This document shows positions 27,427 to 41,177 of a stretch of DNA of 64,000 bases, piece by piece. The notes beneath the pieces are model-generated. The model worked only from the letters and a program-made list of their open reading frames with translations. It was not told the DNA's origin and ran no database searches. The DNA is from Eledone cirrhosa (taxonomy: Eukaryota). The stretch spans positions 330,894,001-330,958,000 of the forward strand of contig OZ024740.1 in NCBI GenBank assembly GCA_964016885.1. Direction: 5' to 3'. The position numbers and the translations under genes are program-made. How positions within the stretch are numbered: position 1 is the first letter of the stretch; every line of letters starts with the position of its first letter.

Positions 27427-27430
<4 letters not shown>
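27295..27430 (-). mobile_element. Solo PLE 3'-end fragment with HHR core, between (TA)n tracts
   Basis: Minus strand CTGATGA-tttttaaagaat-GAAA-caGTC (27399-27426); stem I not evident. Confidence 0.5.
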
Positions 27431-27466
<36 letters not shown>

Positions 27467-27513
27467 ACTAGAAATTGATAGACATATAATTAAACATGAA
27501 ACAATCACAGGGG

Positions 27514-27570
<57 letters not shown>

Positions 27571-28237
27571 TATGTATATATACACTTATGTCTATGTGTG
27601 TGTATGTATTTGTATTTAAGTAAAGCATTGTTTATATGCATTACATGGATGGTTACGTGCATATGAATGTTTGTACATATACATGCATATATATAAAAAT
27701 ATAATTACATCAAAGCATATATGGACTTTCATTACATCAGAGATCATAAATAAACATATATAGAGTAGACAATTTCAATACCAATGGCGCATTTCGGAAT
27801 TTCACATGTGTTTGTGAAAACTTGCTTGCAATTGTTTTTTTGTTTTCCTTTTTATGAATGCATTGGTATTGTGTGTTAGTTTGTGCAATATTTAGTGCTT
27901 TGGAAATATAAATTTGTTTACTGAACAGAAAAAATATTGTAGCGTTTACTGTGTCCACATATTTTCTGCTTTGAACAGACATAGTTTAGATTCACTAGTG
28001 CATATATCATCCTATTTATATAGATCCCATTACAAGGTTAACGAAGAGAAACACTTTGGTTGTGGGGAGAAGTGCATTGTCCATTAGGGAGAGTTCCTTG
28101 TTTGAATACAAAGAATGTATTCGAACGTCGTTGATAATCATGTATTTGTTCCCACGTAATATGGATCGAATATATACACATATATATCATTATTGTTTAC
28201 TCTATGATAAAATTTAATGATCGAATTATTTGTTCCT

Positions 28238-28482
28238 CTAAATATAGCGAGTTTGGCTTTTACGCCTACCTTACGTTTTCTGATCACTGAATGCTGAAGC
28301 TGGCAAATTACTGCACCAGCTCTTGCAAATCTTGCACTTAATTCTCCCTCGTGCCTTCTCTCACTCGTAACCATAGCCCCAATATACTTGAACCTCTCCA
28401 CCTACTTCAGAGGATCTCCATTTTCATGTTGCATGCTCTTCGCAGGTTTGTATGAGAGGACGAGAGTCTCAGTTTTCGAAGC
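28238..28482 (-). mobile_element. RTE-type LINE fragment (RT thumb)
   Basis: SASKTETLVL..L.*VERFKYIG...ELSARFARAG...KAKLAIFR. Confidence 0.7.
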
Positions 28483-28486
28483 ACTG

Positions 28487-28638
28487 AAGAAGAAGAAGAA
28501 GAAGAAGAAGAAGAAGAAGAAGAAGAAGAAGAAGAAGAAGAAGAAGAAGAAGAAGAAGAAGAAGAAGAAGAAGAAGAAGAAGAAGAAGAAGAAGAAGAAG
28601 AAGAAGAAGAAGAAGAAGAAGAAGAAGAAGAAGAAGAA

Positions 28639-28673
<35 letters not shown>

Positions 28674-28700
28674 TGATGACGAAGAAGAAGAAAAAGAAGA
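28487..28700. repeat. (GAA)n/(GAC)n microsatellite
   Basis: About 50 perfect GAA units followed by GAC units. Confidence 0.97.
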
Positions 28701-29489
28701 TACACATACATAAATACATACATTGATCAATACTCTTATTAATATAAATGTGTATTTACAAACGTAAATGTGTGTCTGTTCAACGGTCGATGTTCGCATT
28801 TGTGAGTGAATGGCTGCGTGTGTGTATGTGTATTATTGTGAATTTGCACACATGAAAAATTAGTCCCTAGTTTCCCCTGTATCATTATATCATGTTTCCA
28901 TTAAGCTCGCTGATTACATTACTATGTAGCTCGTCGTTTGTTGTTAGCAAAAAGTATATGTGGAAAATGTCTCTAGTTAATATAATGTACTGAAATAAAG
29001 TACAATTTTTATTGATATCTTAAACATAGTGTATCGAAACTTTCTATGCATACTGATTCAGTTAGTGCCTCAGTTTTCGATCATAAAAATACGCACTTTT
29101 TTGTATCCTCTCTGTATCTTTATTTTATGCACATACGTTAGTATAGATTAATGATAATACACCGAATAATATAATGTAAAATGTAATTAACCTGATTTTA
29201 GTGTTGTAGTGGTGTATTACAAAATTACCTCTCCTTTCTATGCCCATCCTGAAACACGATAAGCTGATATAACACTTATTGTACGTGGTTCATTTATAGA
29301 ATTCTCCAAACCAAGAACATCACTGATATAAATTGATAGCGGAGGATGATATTTTTTATCAGCTAGCCGTATCTGAAATATATGACTAAATGTAGTTGAA
29401 GGTATAACAGTGATAATTCCATACTCACATACACATGCCGTCCTAAACATATTAATCCATATCATCATATATATATATATACGCATGCA

Positions 29490-29535
<46 letters not shown>

Positions 29536-29716
29536 GTATTCTGAAGTTTTCGAATATTAATGATAATATTCGATTCGTTTGCAATGATGCAAACGAGCCT
29601 CATCTTTAAAGCCATGTCAGTAGAATGGGCCCCTCGTTCTTGCTCTACATCTCTCCACTGACGTGAACCAAAACATCGAGTGGTCACCTTCAGTAACTTC
29701 ACGTTACACTCCCTGA

Positions 29717-29752
<36 letters not shown>

Positions 29753-29755
29753 CTT

Positions 29756-29825
29756 CGCCCAACGTGGGGCTCGAACCCACGACCCCGAGATTAAGAGGCT
29801 CGTGCTCTACCGACTGAGCTAGCCG
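29756..29825 (-). tRNA. tRNA-Lys-CTT: tRNA-Lys(CTT) pseudogene, missing the first 3 nt
   Basis: cggctagctcagtcggtagagcacgagcctCTTaatctcggggtcgtgggttcgagccccacgttgggcg matches metazoan tRNA-Lys-CTT. The 5' GCC is replaced by (TA)n and the anticodon stem has a mismatch. Confidence 0.88.
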
Positions 29826-29855
29826 ATATATATATATATATGTATACATACTAAA

Positions 29856-31110
29856 TGAAAATCCGAAGGTAAGGTAAAATTCCAATCATTTAATCACGAC
29901 ACATGTTTCAATAAGAGATAGATCGATTGTGAAGCCATGTTCGATTATCACTGATCTCATCAAATGAAAATGAATTGTCTTCAAATTCTTGATATGAGGG
30001 AGAAAATATAACGATGTTCTCTCACAGAATTCATTCCCTCATATGGAGACACACCAGTCAGAGACACGGCGACTGCTATTAGCTTCAGTTGAGGTCATAA
30101 AAGTTGTCAGATTTCTATCGCTGCAAAAGAGGCTGGACATCAATCAAATCTGTAGGGATACAGTCAGTCACAGTTAAAATTGAGTGGGTACACACACACT
30201 CCACACCAACATACATCGGCTCGAGGTCAAAGAAAAAAAATATATACATATATATATATACATATATATATATACATATATATACACACATCAACACAGT
30301 ATTAAACACAGTATTTGACGATGTAAATTGGAAATATTTCCAGTTTACATCGTCAAATCGAGATTTGACCGACATAGCTTCTGTTGCTTTGTGAACTAAC
30401 TTTCGGTGAGTGCTGTGTTGGTACATTCTTATATTTGTTTTATATTTGTTTTTTTTTCCTCGGACATCGCTTCGGTGTGTGTGTACCCACCCACGCTAAT
30501 TCTACGGGTTTAATACTGTGTTGATGTGTGTATATATATGTATATATTTTTCTTTGACCTCAAGCCGATGTATGTTGGTGTGGAGTGTGTGTGTACCCAC
30601 TCAATTTTAACTGTGACTGTCTGTATCCCTACAGATATAATTGATGTCCAGCGTCTTTTGCAGCGATAGAAATCTGACAACTTATATGACCTCAACTGAA
30701 GCTAATAGCAGTCGCCGTGTCTCTGACTGGTGTGTCTCCATATGAGGGAATGAATTCTGTGAGAGAACATCGTTATATTTTGGGATTGGCAGTATCGGTA
30801 GAGAGTCGGACGCCATGCTTTGACGCATAGTTACGGCCCTTGCCATTCTGAGTTCAAATCCCGCCGAGGTTAACTTTGCCTTTCATCCTTACGGGGTCGA
30901 TAAAATAAAGTACCAGTAATGCACTGGCCTTGTGCCAAAAGTAGAAACAGTTATATTTTCTCCCTCATATCAAGAATTTGAAGACAATTCATTTTCACCT
31001 GATGAGATCAGTGATAATCGATCATGGCTTCACAATCGATCTATCTCTTATTGAATCATGTGTCGTGATTAAATGATTGAAATTTTACCTTGCCTTCGGA
31101 TTTTCATTTT
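29856..31110 (+). mobile_element. Non-autonomous fold-back PLE derivative with HHRs
   Basis: 29856-30305 is the reverse complement of 30510-31110 (excluding the SINE); HHR motifs at 29894-29967 (-) and 30995-31068 (+). Confidence 0.75.
30782..30949 (+). mobile_element. Meta-core SINE
   Basis: A and B boxes, core; TSD gttatatttt (30772-30781 and 30950-30959). Confidence 0.92.
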
Positions 31111-31587
31111 GATACTTATACTCCGTTTTACATCATCTAGCTGTTCCCTTGAATGGAATTGGAGATATACAAAAGCGTGGAGAACTTAATATTGCTAACA
31201 TAAAGTTATTGGATCATTTTACACAACCAATAATGCACCTTACTATATAACAACTATGTATATATATACATATATATATGTATGTGTGTGTGTATTTATA
31301 TATATATATATATATACAAATATATGTATGTATATATATAGATATATATATATATATATACAGACATAGATAGGGTTAGTTCCACAACAAATTAGATAAT
31401 CATACTCGAGGTCGAGCGTTTCACCGGACGGATTTATGGCTTTCACCAGACGGATTTCAACAAGTTTATGGCTGCGTTGAGAACGTACTCCCCGCAAACA
31501 TACACGGGTTGAAAACCTCCCGGTGAAACGCATTGACTAATCTCTAGTGGAACTATCTCTATACCGAAATTATTATTGTTGTTGTTT

Positions 31588-31684
<97 letters not shown>

Positions 31685-31731
31685 TAGTAGTAGTAATAGT
31701 AGTAGTAGTAGTAATAGTAGTAGTAGTAGTC

Positions 31732-31785
<54 letters not shown>

Positions 31786-31837
31786 ATAGTAGTAGTAGTA
31801 GTAGTATCAGCAGTAGTAGTAGTATTAGTAGTAGTAT

Positions 31838-31889
<52 letters not shown>
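31588..31889. repeat. (GTA)n/(GCA)n microsatellite
   Basis: About 300-bp trinucleotide run. Confidence 0.97.
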
Positions 31890-34109
31890 CAGAAAAGTCT
31901 GTCTGTGTGTATGTGCAACAATTTACATATATTCATATCACAAATTTTTCATTTTTCCTCTCGATAATGCGATTAGGAAGTTGAATTTAGACCTAAACCC
32001 ATATTTTATTTAGTACAGATATAATCTATTTTACCTGAAATGTCATTATTTTGCTCGATTGATTTATAGTTCATGTAAATATTTATTTAACAACAAACAA
32101 TCCAGGACAAAATTATAGGAGATTCGACATAGTTTGTTTCTTCATTCCGTGATATAAATAATGAGTAGAATTATATGAAATACACTCTTAATACTGTGTT
32201 ACTGGTCTTCTATAAATGATATGTATCTGCGTTGAGCCAAACTGTAATTGCGGGCAGCATATTCCCTTCTTAGTTTCAGACATTACGGCGTTCAATTTAT
32301 TCATTACAGTTAAACGCCGATTTCAGTGAGATTTGACTATTTATTCTAGGAAGACGCGCGAAGTAATGGCTTTTAGAGCCTCTTTGGATACACATGATAA
32401 ATGGTGGTATGTATTTTTATATACTATATAGAATCTTTGAGAAACAAAGGTGACAAAGCATCCATCATATGTGTAGTATTGGCTGTAAAATTACAACTAA
32501 ATCATCTGGACGAGATGAATCAAATATTTCCCTTTGATATTCTTTCAGATAATATGATTTATAGGCAAATAATTATTCGTCGGTATTGTCTTCACTCAAT
32601 GTTTGACTATTAAAGCGTCATTTATGTAAATATGATGTTATATGATATAGTCTCATGTTTATATTAAAATTAGTGTCATATACATTGCTCGCTCTCAGAC
32701 GTGTTCATTTCACAAATAACTGGTTTAGCATTCAACCACATTGTCTGACATGAAAGATAAATATTATATAACATAAAGGTGGATAAACCGATGTCAGGTG
32801 ATGATAATTCTGACGATAATTTTGTGGAATCTTTTTGGACTTGTATTGTTCTTGGGTTTTAGATTTCATCCATTCATTGAGTTAAATAACACTAATTGCA
32901 TCTTGGAGGGCGTAATCAAATTCCAACATAATTATGGATTCTACATCACAATAAGTATATTTCGTATAACTAGACACGTACGAATCGAATCGCGTATATA
33001 TATGTGTGTGTGTGTGTTTAGTCAGGCTTCTGCCTACAGCTACTACCATGTAACCCAGTATGAGCTGTCACATGGTTTAGTGATCACCTACTAAGCTGGC
33101 TCCACCTCCAAACCCTGCTCTGGTGAGGATGATTTGTCGAACCCCGGCAGCACAACAGCAATATCTGTTAAATGCGTGGATGAACTGCTGAACGGCCATC
33201 CAGCACAACTATAGATTATATAGTCTCACAAATCCGTAATTGGTCTCGTCTACACTCCTGATATGAGCAAAACCATACAAAGCTGTGAAGATCAATCAGC
33301 CAGGATGGGGTTATCCAGGAGGAGAGGTAAGGTCGTGGATTTGATTGATCTAACATTCTAAAGACTTTCTTAGTTCGGGGCAATCTTCAAACTTGACTTT
33401 CCTACGAAAATGTCAAGATTAGTGTGATGATTACAAACTAGTTATATAACTGTATATTTGAATAATGCGTGATTCATATGAAACTTGGATGAATGATTAC
33501 TTCTCCAGTATCAAATGCTTGAATACAAACATGCAAGAAACAAGTGAAAATGACCACAAGAATATCAAGGAGTCGAGGTCATTTTCTAAAACTGCGGAAC
33601 ACCAGGAAACAACAAAGAAGAAAAATTCAAAATAATTCTATCAATGTCTAGAATATGTATTTGTGTCCTCCGAGATTCTATTTAACGACACTTAAAGGAA
33701 TCAGAAGGCAAGTATATAAGCCTCGGTTACCTAATTTAGTAGGTCATTAAGACAGTTAAGAGGAAATGAACCGTTGGTTAGAGTAGTGATGGCAATGTAT
33801 TAGAAATTGTGTAAAATCATAATCATGAGGGAGAAGAGCAGTGGCGAGTTTGGGGTGAATGGTGGAATACATAGGAGGTCGGTATTAAGTTCACTACCTG
33901 ATATAGATATTTTAGCGTTACAGGTGTCAATAGTAAAGGAGGTTTTACGGTGAAAGCTTCTGTACGGAGATGAGATTGTGTTGACTGGCCACCTCTTTCC
34001 GATTTTCTTCAACTATTATTTAGTGACCGAATATTATTATACCCTTTTAAGTTCGAATGATTGATTACATTTCATTTCAATTTGTTCACAAATGTCTTTA
34101 GACCAACAG

Positions 34110-34635
34110 AATACATACATACATACATACATACGAATATGCATACATACATGCATGAAGGTCGTCGTCTCCATACAAAGCTTCACTGCTTATTTGCCTG
34201 TTCCTTCCTGGCATGAGATCTCAAGTCGGTTTTGAGTCATGAATGCGTGTGAAAGACCCGCCCACAAATAATACAACGATGTCTCATTTCGTTGTTGTTT
34301 CCACTTTGGGTTTGTTTATGTATGTATGTTCAGATGTCATTTCAATCCACATCCTGATTTGCAAATATCTGACACACTTGGCACTGGAACTGATGTTCTG
34401 ACCGAATATAGGTGCTCCTTGTAACTGCAGACCAGCGTCCGAGGCACCCATCTTAGTGCACTAGGGGTATTTGAAATCCAACGCTGGATAAAATTCAGCA
34501 TTATTACCGTTGGTCTCATTCTTCCGCAGTTTTCTTTTCAATTCTCCATGTTTCACGTTCTCCATTTCAATTGCTTTAAAACCATTCCAAATGGCATTTC
34601 TCCAGGGCACATGCTTCAAAATTTGTGTATTTACA
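34110..34635 (-). mobile_element. RTE-1-like LINE 3' end with C-terminal zinc-finger remnant
   Basis: WRNAIWNGFKAIE...KRKLRK; FQCQVCQ/ICKSGCGLK*HLNIH; (ATGT)n tail. Confidence 0.6.
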
Positions 34636-35585
34636 TCCATCCAACCATCGATGCATATATACATACTTACATATATACTCATATAAATGGATATATAATT
34701 ATAAACACAAACACACACTCTCACACTAACACACACACACTCGCTCTCTCTCGCTCTCCTCACACACACATATATACAAAAATAATGTGATTATTTTATG
34801 CATATTTTTCATTGATTCCTAACATATTTGATATTCGATATGCGTTACCAACGGACGTTTACCACGTATGTAAATAGGTATCTGAATCCCATTCTTTATA
34901 TGTTATATGCCACACATATACACAGAATAATTGATTAATTGATTAGCCACAATTAATTAAGTGTATCTAGATTTATTTTATTGCCGAGCAACATCGAATT
35001 ATTTAACTTTAAAGAGTTTATTTATGGCTAATCGTTAAAGAAGGAAATATTATCTTCAAAATATGGTGTTGCATAATGCAAACTCTTTGAATTATTGATT
35101 ATATACTCTTAGAGACTTACCTCACATTATCTAACTATGTAATTGGGAATATATAGTATAAATTTCGTCAATGATTTGCAAATTCTTTGAAGAAGCTTTC
35201 ATTTTAAACATAAAATGAACTTTGATGTGAATTTGAAAATATATTGTTGTAATCTATTAAAGAATATAATTCATGGAAACAGTATAAAATCAACTACAGC
35301 TGAGTTCCTTCTGATAATTTTAATTCAAGTTCCCGCTTTAAATTTTTCCTGGCTATCAGCAGAAATCTATATTAATATATTACTATTATAAACAGTTAGG
35401 CATAGTTCAATAAACAGGCGTTGAAATAAAGTAATGATTTCAATTAAGGTCAGATGGGAGATTATACGAAATATATTATACATATTAAAATGAATAAATA
35501 GATGCATAATATATTCATAAACAATCTTTCTTCTATAACAAAACACAGGCACACACAGACACACACACACACACAGTTACGTATA

Positions 35586-35639
<54 letters not shown>

Positions 35640-35655
35640 TATATATATATATATT

Positions 35656-35719
<64 letters not shown>

Positions 35720-35739
35720 CATATATATATATATATATA

Positions 35740-38612
35740 GTTTTGCGAGGTTTTTGATATGAGATCGTGTGTCGAAACAAATATTGTTATGCTTGGGGAG
35801 GGTCATATTTGTGTAATATTGCCAGAATTAATAACAGAACACACTAACTGTTCGGTTGGTTTTCGCTTTTCTCTTCTGTGTCTTTTATATCGGTAATCTA
35901 ATTTATTCGGTCCTCAGTGTTGCCATTGACTGACCAATGGTCAAAAATAATACAGATACAATATAGACACAAACACATATATATATAGTTTATCAAAGTT
36001 CTTTCGTTGCACATCTGTAACATCGTCAGTGGTGCTATTGTTTCCTCCCGCTGCATTGTATTTTCTACGCCATCTTTATTTAGTCTGTTTATATATTTAT
36101 TTATTTGTTTAATTTATTTTGTCTTCTTTGCGCATGCGTTTGCGTGTGTGTATAGTGTTTTGTTTGATGTGTGTTCGTGATTGGGTGACTGTGTATTGGT
36201 TAATGTATTCTATCTTTGCTAGTGTGTGTTTATATGTATTTGTTGTTATTGTGCTTGTGTATGTATTTATTTATTTATTTATCTATTTATTTATACTTCT
36301 CTTAGGTCAGTGTTGTTTGTTTGGGTGTTGTTGTTATTCCATTCATTCTTTCTGTTTAGCCTTGGCCTTCTAAGTTCTATTTCACTGGCTTCTCTGATTT
36401 GCCTATCTGCTGGGTAATTTCTATGTTTAGATATTATTCTAATTTCTATGTTGTCTATGTTACCGTCGTCTTGTTGTCTGGCGTGTTCGTATAGTACTGA
36501 CCGTTTTTTCCTCCTTTTAGTTCCCCCCAGTGTTGGTCTATCCTTTCACCTATGCTACGAACTGTCTCGCCTATGTATGTTGTTGTCATGTTTCTGAAAG
36601 TACCCTCAGTACATCTTATGCTTTAGACTACGTTTCTAGATTTACAGTTTATCCGGGGTTTACCTTACATATGATACATTTCCTATTAGTACAGTGGTTT
36701 TTTTTAAACGGGTAGGTTTTGCTGATCAGGGATTTTATGAAGGCTCCTGGCTTTTCTACCACCTTAATCTTTAAGTGGGTCTTTCTCAGGGCCTTTCTAC
36801 ACTGGTTAGCTAATTTGCCTCCAGGGGTAGCGTCCACAAACATGACACTCTGGTATCTCTGGTTGTCGTACCATGAGGTGGCTTTCCCTATCTTATGTCT
36901 AGCCCTATCTAAGCTATTCCATGATTTGCTCCTGTATAATGGGTAAATTCTTTTCATGTCCAGATCTATGAGGGTCTTGTTATGTTCCATGGCTCCTTCG
37001 TATACTCTGACTCTGTCTCTTTGGTTGTAGCCAGGGAACTGCATGCGGTTTATGAAGTATTGGATGTGTCTTTCCATTTCTGTTGGGTCGCACATGCGGT
37101 ACACATTCTTCATCACTCGTACCAAATCTGCGATCAGAATATTAAACTTAGCACTACTGGACATTGCTGAGTTTTTGAGTGTCAGGTATTTGGAGGTTTA
37201 GCATATGCTAAACATGGGTTTAGCATAGTGTGAGTGGAGAATTTGGGCTCTCTCGTCTATAGTGTTAATCCAGAGTTCCGTGTCTAATACAGGTAGTCTA
37301 TTGTTAGGGAGTTTTGAGGGGTAGTCGATAGTTACAGTTATACTCTGGTGTATGGAATTAGCTATCTGCTGGATGCTTTCCATTGTGCTACGTTCTAAAT
37401 CAAACTTGTTAGTGCTCTCTAGTGGGGATGTTATTATAACTATATTGATATCGTCTACGTAACGAGAGTACATGATGAGGTCTATGGAGCTCTCATCAAG
37501 GAGATATTTAAGTCTCCTTTCCCACCATACCATAAAAAGGTTGGCAACATCACCAGCTATGTTGACGCCATGGCTGCTCCCTCATTTTGGGTGTAGATCT
37601 TCTCGTTGAACTTGAATATGTGGCCCTTTAGGGTAGTTTTGAAACTAGCCCCTATTGCATGTGCGACCATTTTTCTTACCTGATCATTGTTTTGGGGGGT
37701 CCATATAGCTTTGGTCCACCCAATCCACCTTCCCATGGGAGTCTTTTTAGCCATTGCGGTTATGGTGGGGGTCTACTTCTTATGGGTCTACTGGGGCAGA
37801 AACGTCTAAAGTCATGGCTGTCTAGGTAGTCAGTGTCATAGGTAAGTTTAAGTAGGAGGCCCAGTTCGTCTGTGTCGATGTCGCAGAACTCTACCTCACT
37901 CTCAGTGATCATCTCCACACATTTTTCCACAGCAAAATCAATGTTAATGGATGGGTATAGTGATACCACATCCATGCTGCCTATTATACAGTTGGATAGG
38001 TTCCTGTGTTTGTTGCACTCACCGATTCTGCTGAGGAGCTCCTCTGTACTCTCACATACATCTGGGGACATCTTGATTATTGGGCGTATAACCATTGAGA
38101 GGAAGTAGGAGATCCTGTAGTTGCTAACTATATTTGCTCCGCATACAGGTATTGTTGGTAGTCCTATTGTTGGGTCGTCGACTGTATTGTGGTCTTTGCG
38201 GAGCCCATACAAGGGTGGTATGCCATTGTTAGACGCCTGGACGTTGTTGGCAGTGCGACTGCTTGGCTTTAGGATGTCGGTCCACATCATCATGTGAGCG
38301 TTGAGGATTTTCTCTCTCCCATCATGTGTTTGCTGTGCAATTTCGCTCGTGTTGGTGATGTGAGGTTGCATAGCCTTGATGTAGTTCAGCCCGCTATCTA
38401 TTGACATCCTAACATACGTATCCGTGGGTAGACATACTACCTCACCATCCCTTCTGCGCTGCTTGAGGCTAACCAAGCCTTCTACAGGTTTCCTCCCAAG
38501 TTGTTGGGCCTCTGGTCTACTCTGTCTCTTAGTATACCGGTCTACTATTTGTCTAATCTTATTTCTAGCTATGGTGAACTGTGCCTCTGTCTCGTCATCT
38601 ATTTGTTGTGGA
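35740..38612 (-). mobile_element. Penelope-like element (Nematis-like) copy 2, long and pseudogenised
   Basis: PPLYGLRKDH, GSMDVVSLYPSI, YTQNEGA, YSRYVDD, LPVLDT, GIY-YIG and pLTR; same family as 13554-15111; 3' end at (TA)n. Confidence 0.93.
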
Positions 38613-38613
38613 T

Positions 38614-39628
38614 TAGCTTAGATAGGGCTAAACATAAGATAGGGAGAGGCACCTCATGGTACGACAACCAAAGATACCAGAGTGTCATGTTTGTGGACGC
38701 TACCCCTGGAGGGAAATTAGCTAACCAGTGTAGAAAGGCCCTCAGAAAGACCCACTTAAGGTTGTAGAAAAGATAGGAACCACCATAAAATCCCTGAATA
38801 GCAGAACCTACCCTTTTAAGAAAACCCACTGTACTAATAGGACATGTATCATGTGTAAGGTAAACCCCCGGATAAACTGTAAAACTAGAAATGTAGTCTA
38901 TAGCATAAGATGTACAGAGGGTACTTGCAGAAAGAGGACAACACCATACATAGGCGAGACAGTTCGTAGCATAGGTGAAAGGATAGACCAACACTGGGGG
39001 AACTAAAAGGACAAAAAAACGGTTCAGTACTATACGAACATGCCAGACAACAACACGACGGTAGCATAGACAACATAGATATTAGAATAATATCTAAACA
39101 TAGAAATGACATAGCAGATAGCCAAATCAGAGAGGCCAGTGAAATAGAACTTAGAAGGCCAAGGCTAAACAGAAAGAATGAATGGAATAACAACAACAGC
39201 CAAACAAACAACACTGACCTAAGAGAAGTATAAATAAATAGATAAATAAATAAATAAATATATACACAAGCACAATAACAACAAACACATGTAAACACAC
39301 TAGTAAAGATAGAATACATTAACCAATACACAGTCACCCAATCACGAACACACATCAAACAAAACACTATACACACATGCAAACGCAAGCGCAAAGAAGA
39401 CAACATCAAATAAACAAATAAATAAATATATAAACAAACTAAATGAAGCTGGCGTAGAAAATACAATGCAACGGGAGGAAACAATAGCAACATTGAGGAC
39501 CGAATAAATTAGATTACCGACATAAAAGACACAGAAGAGAAAAGCGAAAACCAACCAAACAGTGAGTGTGTTCTGTTATTAATTCTGGCAATATTACACA
39601 AATATGACCCTCCCCAAGTATAACAATA
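38614..39628 (+). mobile_element. Inverted GIY-YIG/pLTR copy at the 5' end of PLE copy 2
   Basis: Reverse complement of ~35780-36915, with an internal deletion that removes the HHR. Confidence 0.9.
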
Positions 39629-39698
39629 TATGTATATATATATATAAAATAAAATAAAACAAGGACGAGTGGTTACTCCTTTATTACATTTTTTGTTT

Positions 39699-39783
39699 GG
39701 TGACGCGCGTTTCGCCACATATCATCTCAAGATTCAATCTGTATCGATTTAACCCGACTCTGTAATCAACGGCTCGTCAGACC
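39699..39783 (-). ncRNA. Type I hammerhead ribozyme with extended stem II
   Basis: ggt-CTGACGA-gcc[~55 nt]ggc-GAAA-cgcgcGTC-acc: all core bases intact, stem I ggt/acc, palindromic stem III acgcgcgt. Confidence 0.75.
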
Positions 39784-39824
39784 CTTATATACTCCTTGGA
39801 TATATATATATATATATATATATA

Positions 39825-39921
39825 TGTGTTTGTGTGTGTGTGTGTGTACGTGTGTGTGTGTGGGGGTGCGTGTGTGTGTGTGTGCGTGCGCGTGCGTGCT
39901 TGTGTGTGTGCGTGCGCGTGT

Positions 39922-40015
<94 letters not shown>

Positions 40016-40032
40016 GTGTGTGTGTGTGTGTG
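39825..40032. repeat. (TG)n microsatellite
   Basis: Long TG/CG run. Confidence 0.95.
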
Positions 40033-40175
40033 TCCGGGGAGTGCAACGTGAAGTTACTGTAGGTTCACGCTGGTGAGCATTCGATGTTTAGATTTACGTC
40101 TGTAGCGAGGTGTAGAGCTGAACAGAATGTAAATATAATAATACAAGTACGATTTGTTATGCCTTCATTACGTAG

Positions 40176-41177
40176 ACTAGCAGAAAAACCGCCCCGGGTG
40201 GTTTTCTGCTAACATATGCAGTGTGCATATTGGTATTCTGCGCCAATATATATGCATATAGATATATATAAATTGAAAAGTAAATTGACAATATCTTCTT
40301 CGCCCACTTATTTCTGAGAGGGTCGTGGGGGCACAGTCCTTCTCAAACACACTCCTTCCAGCGTGTCTGCCAGTAGCAAACATCCCTAACTGAGCCAGCT
40401 GGCAGTATCGGTATAGGGTCGGACGCCATGCTTTCCAGCATAGATACGTCCCTTTACGGTCTGAGTTAAAATCCCATCGAGGTTAACTTTGCCTTTCATC
40501 CTTACGGGGTCGATACAATATAAAGTACCAGTAATACATTGGAATAATTGTTGGCCTTGTGCCAAAAGTAGAAACAATAATAGTTGTTAGTGTTTTCGTT
40601 CTGTAACCATTATATGAAAACAAAAGAGATAATAAATAAAGAGTTAATAAATAAATTAAAAGTTATACTTGTTTTACCCTCCCAATTCCAATTAAACCGA
40701 ACGCTTCCATCATGACTGTATGTGTGTGTTTGTGTAAATGTATATGTGTGAATGTTTGTGTGAAAGTATGTGTGAATGTATGTGTATTTTTGTGAATGTC
40801 CCTGAGCGTCATTTTTATAAGTTTGTGTGATTATAGTTATATACTCATACATATAGATGTATGTATGTGCACACTCATATGTATCAGCGTCTACAAAATC
40901 ATAATCTCTCTATCTCTCTCATCACACACACTCACTCTTTCTATATATATGGTAGTTGAAGTGATGGTGGTGGCGACGATATACCTGAAGTGTAGAAATG
41001 AAATTTGAAAAGAAGTCAATTATAAATTATTTATGTTTACGAAATTTACATAAATTTACATAAATTATGTAATATTCATTCATTATTTATTCGAAGTATT
41101 CCAACTTATTTTCTAACTGGATTAAAAGAAATAAACCGTACGCAGTCCCGCAGGCCTTCCTTTATTATAGTTTAGAT
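40176..41177 (+). mobile_element. Probable Helitron/HINE-like non-autonomous insertion
   Basis: Starts ACTAGCAG with a hairpin (agcagaaaa..ttttctgct), ends tttattatagtttagat; splits a pLTR with no obvious TSD. Confidence 0.45.
40397..40580 (+). mobile_element. Meta-core SINE
   Basis: Homologous to 15908-16090. Confidence 0.9.

Noticed and set aside
33020-33332. Possible host exon ending in GAG|GTAAG
   Set aside because: No convincing open frame or recognisable protein; may be a decayed LINE UTR
33500-34020. Decayed PLE RT traces (also 12600-12950 and 17690-18040)
   Set aside because: Only faint motif resemblance; needs a profile search
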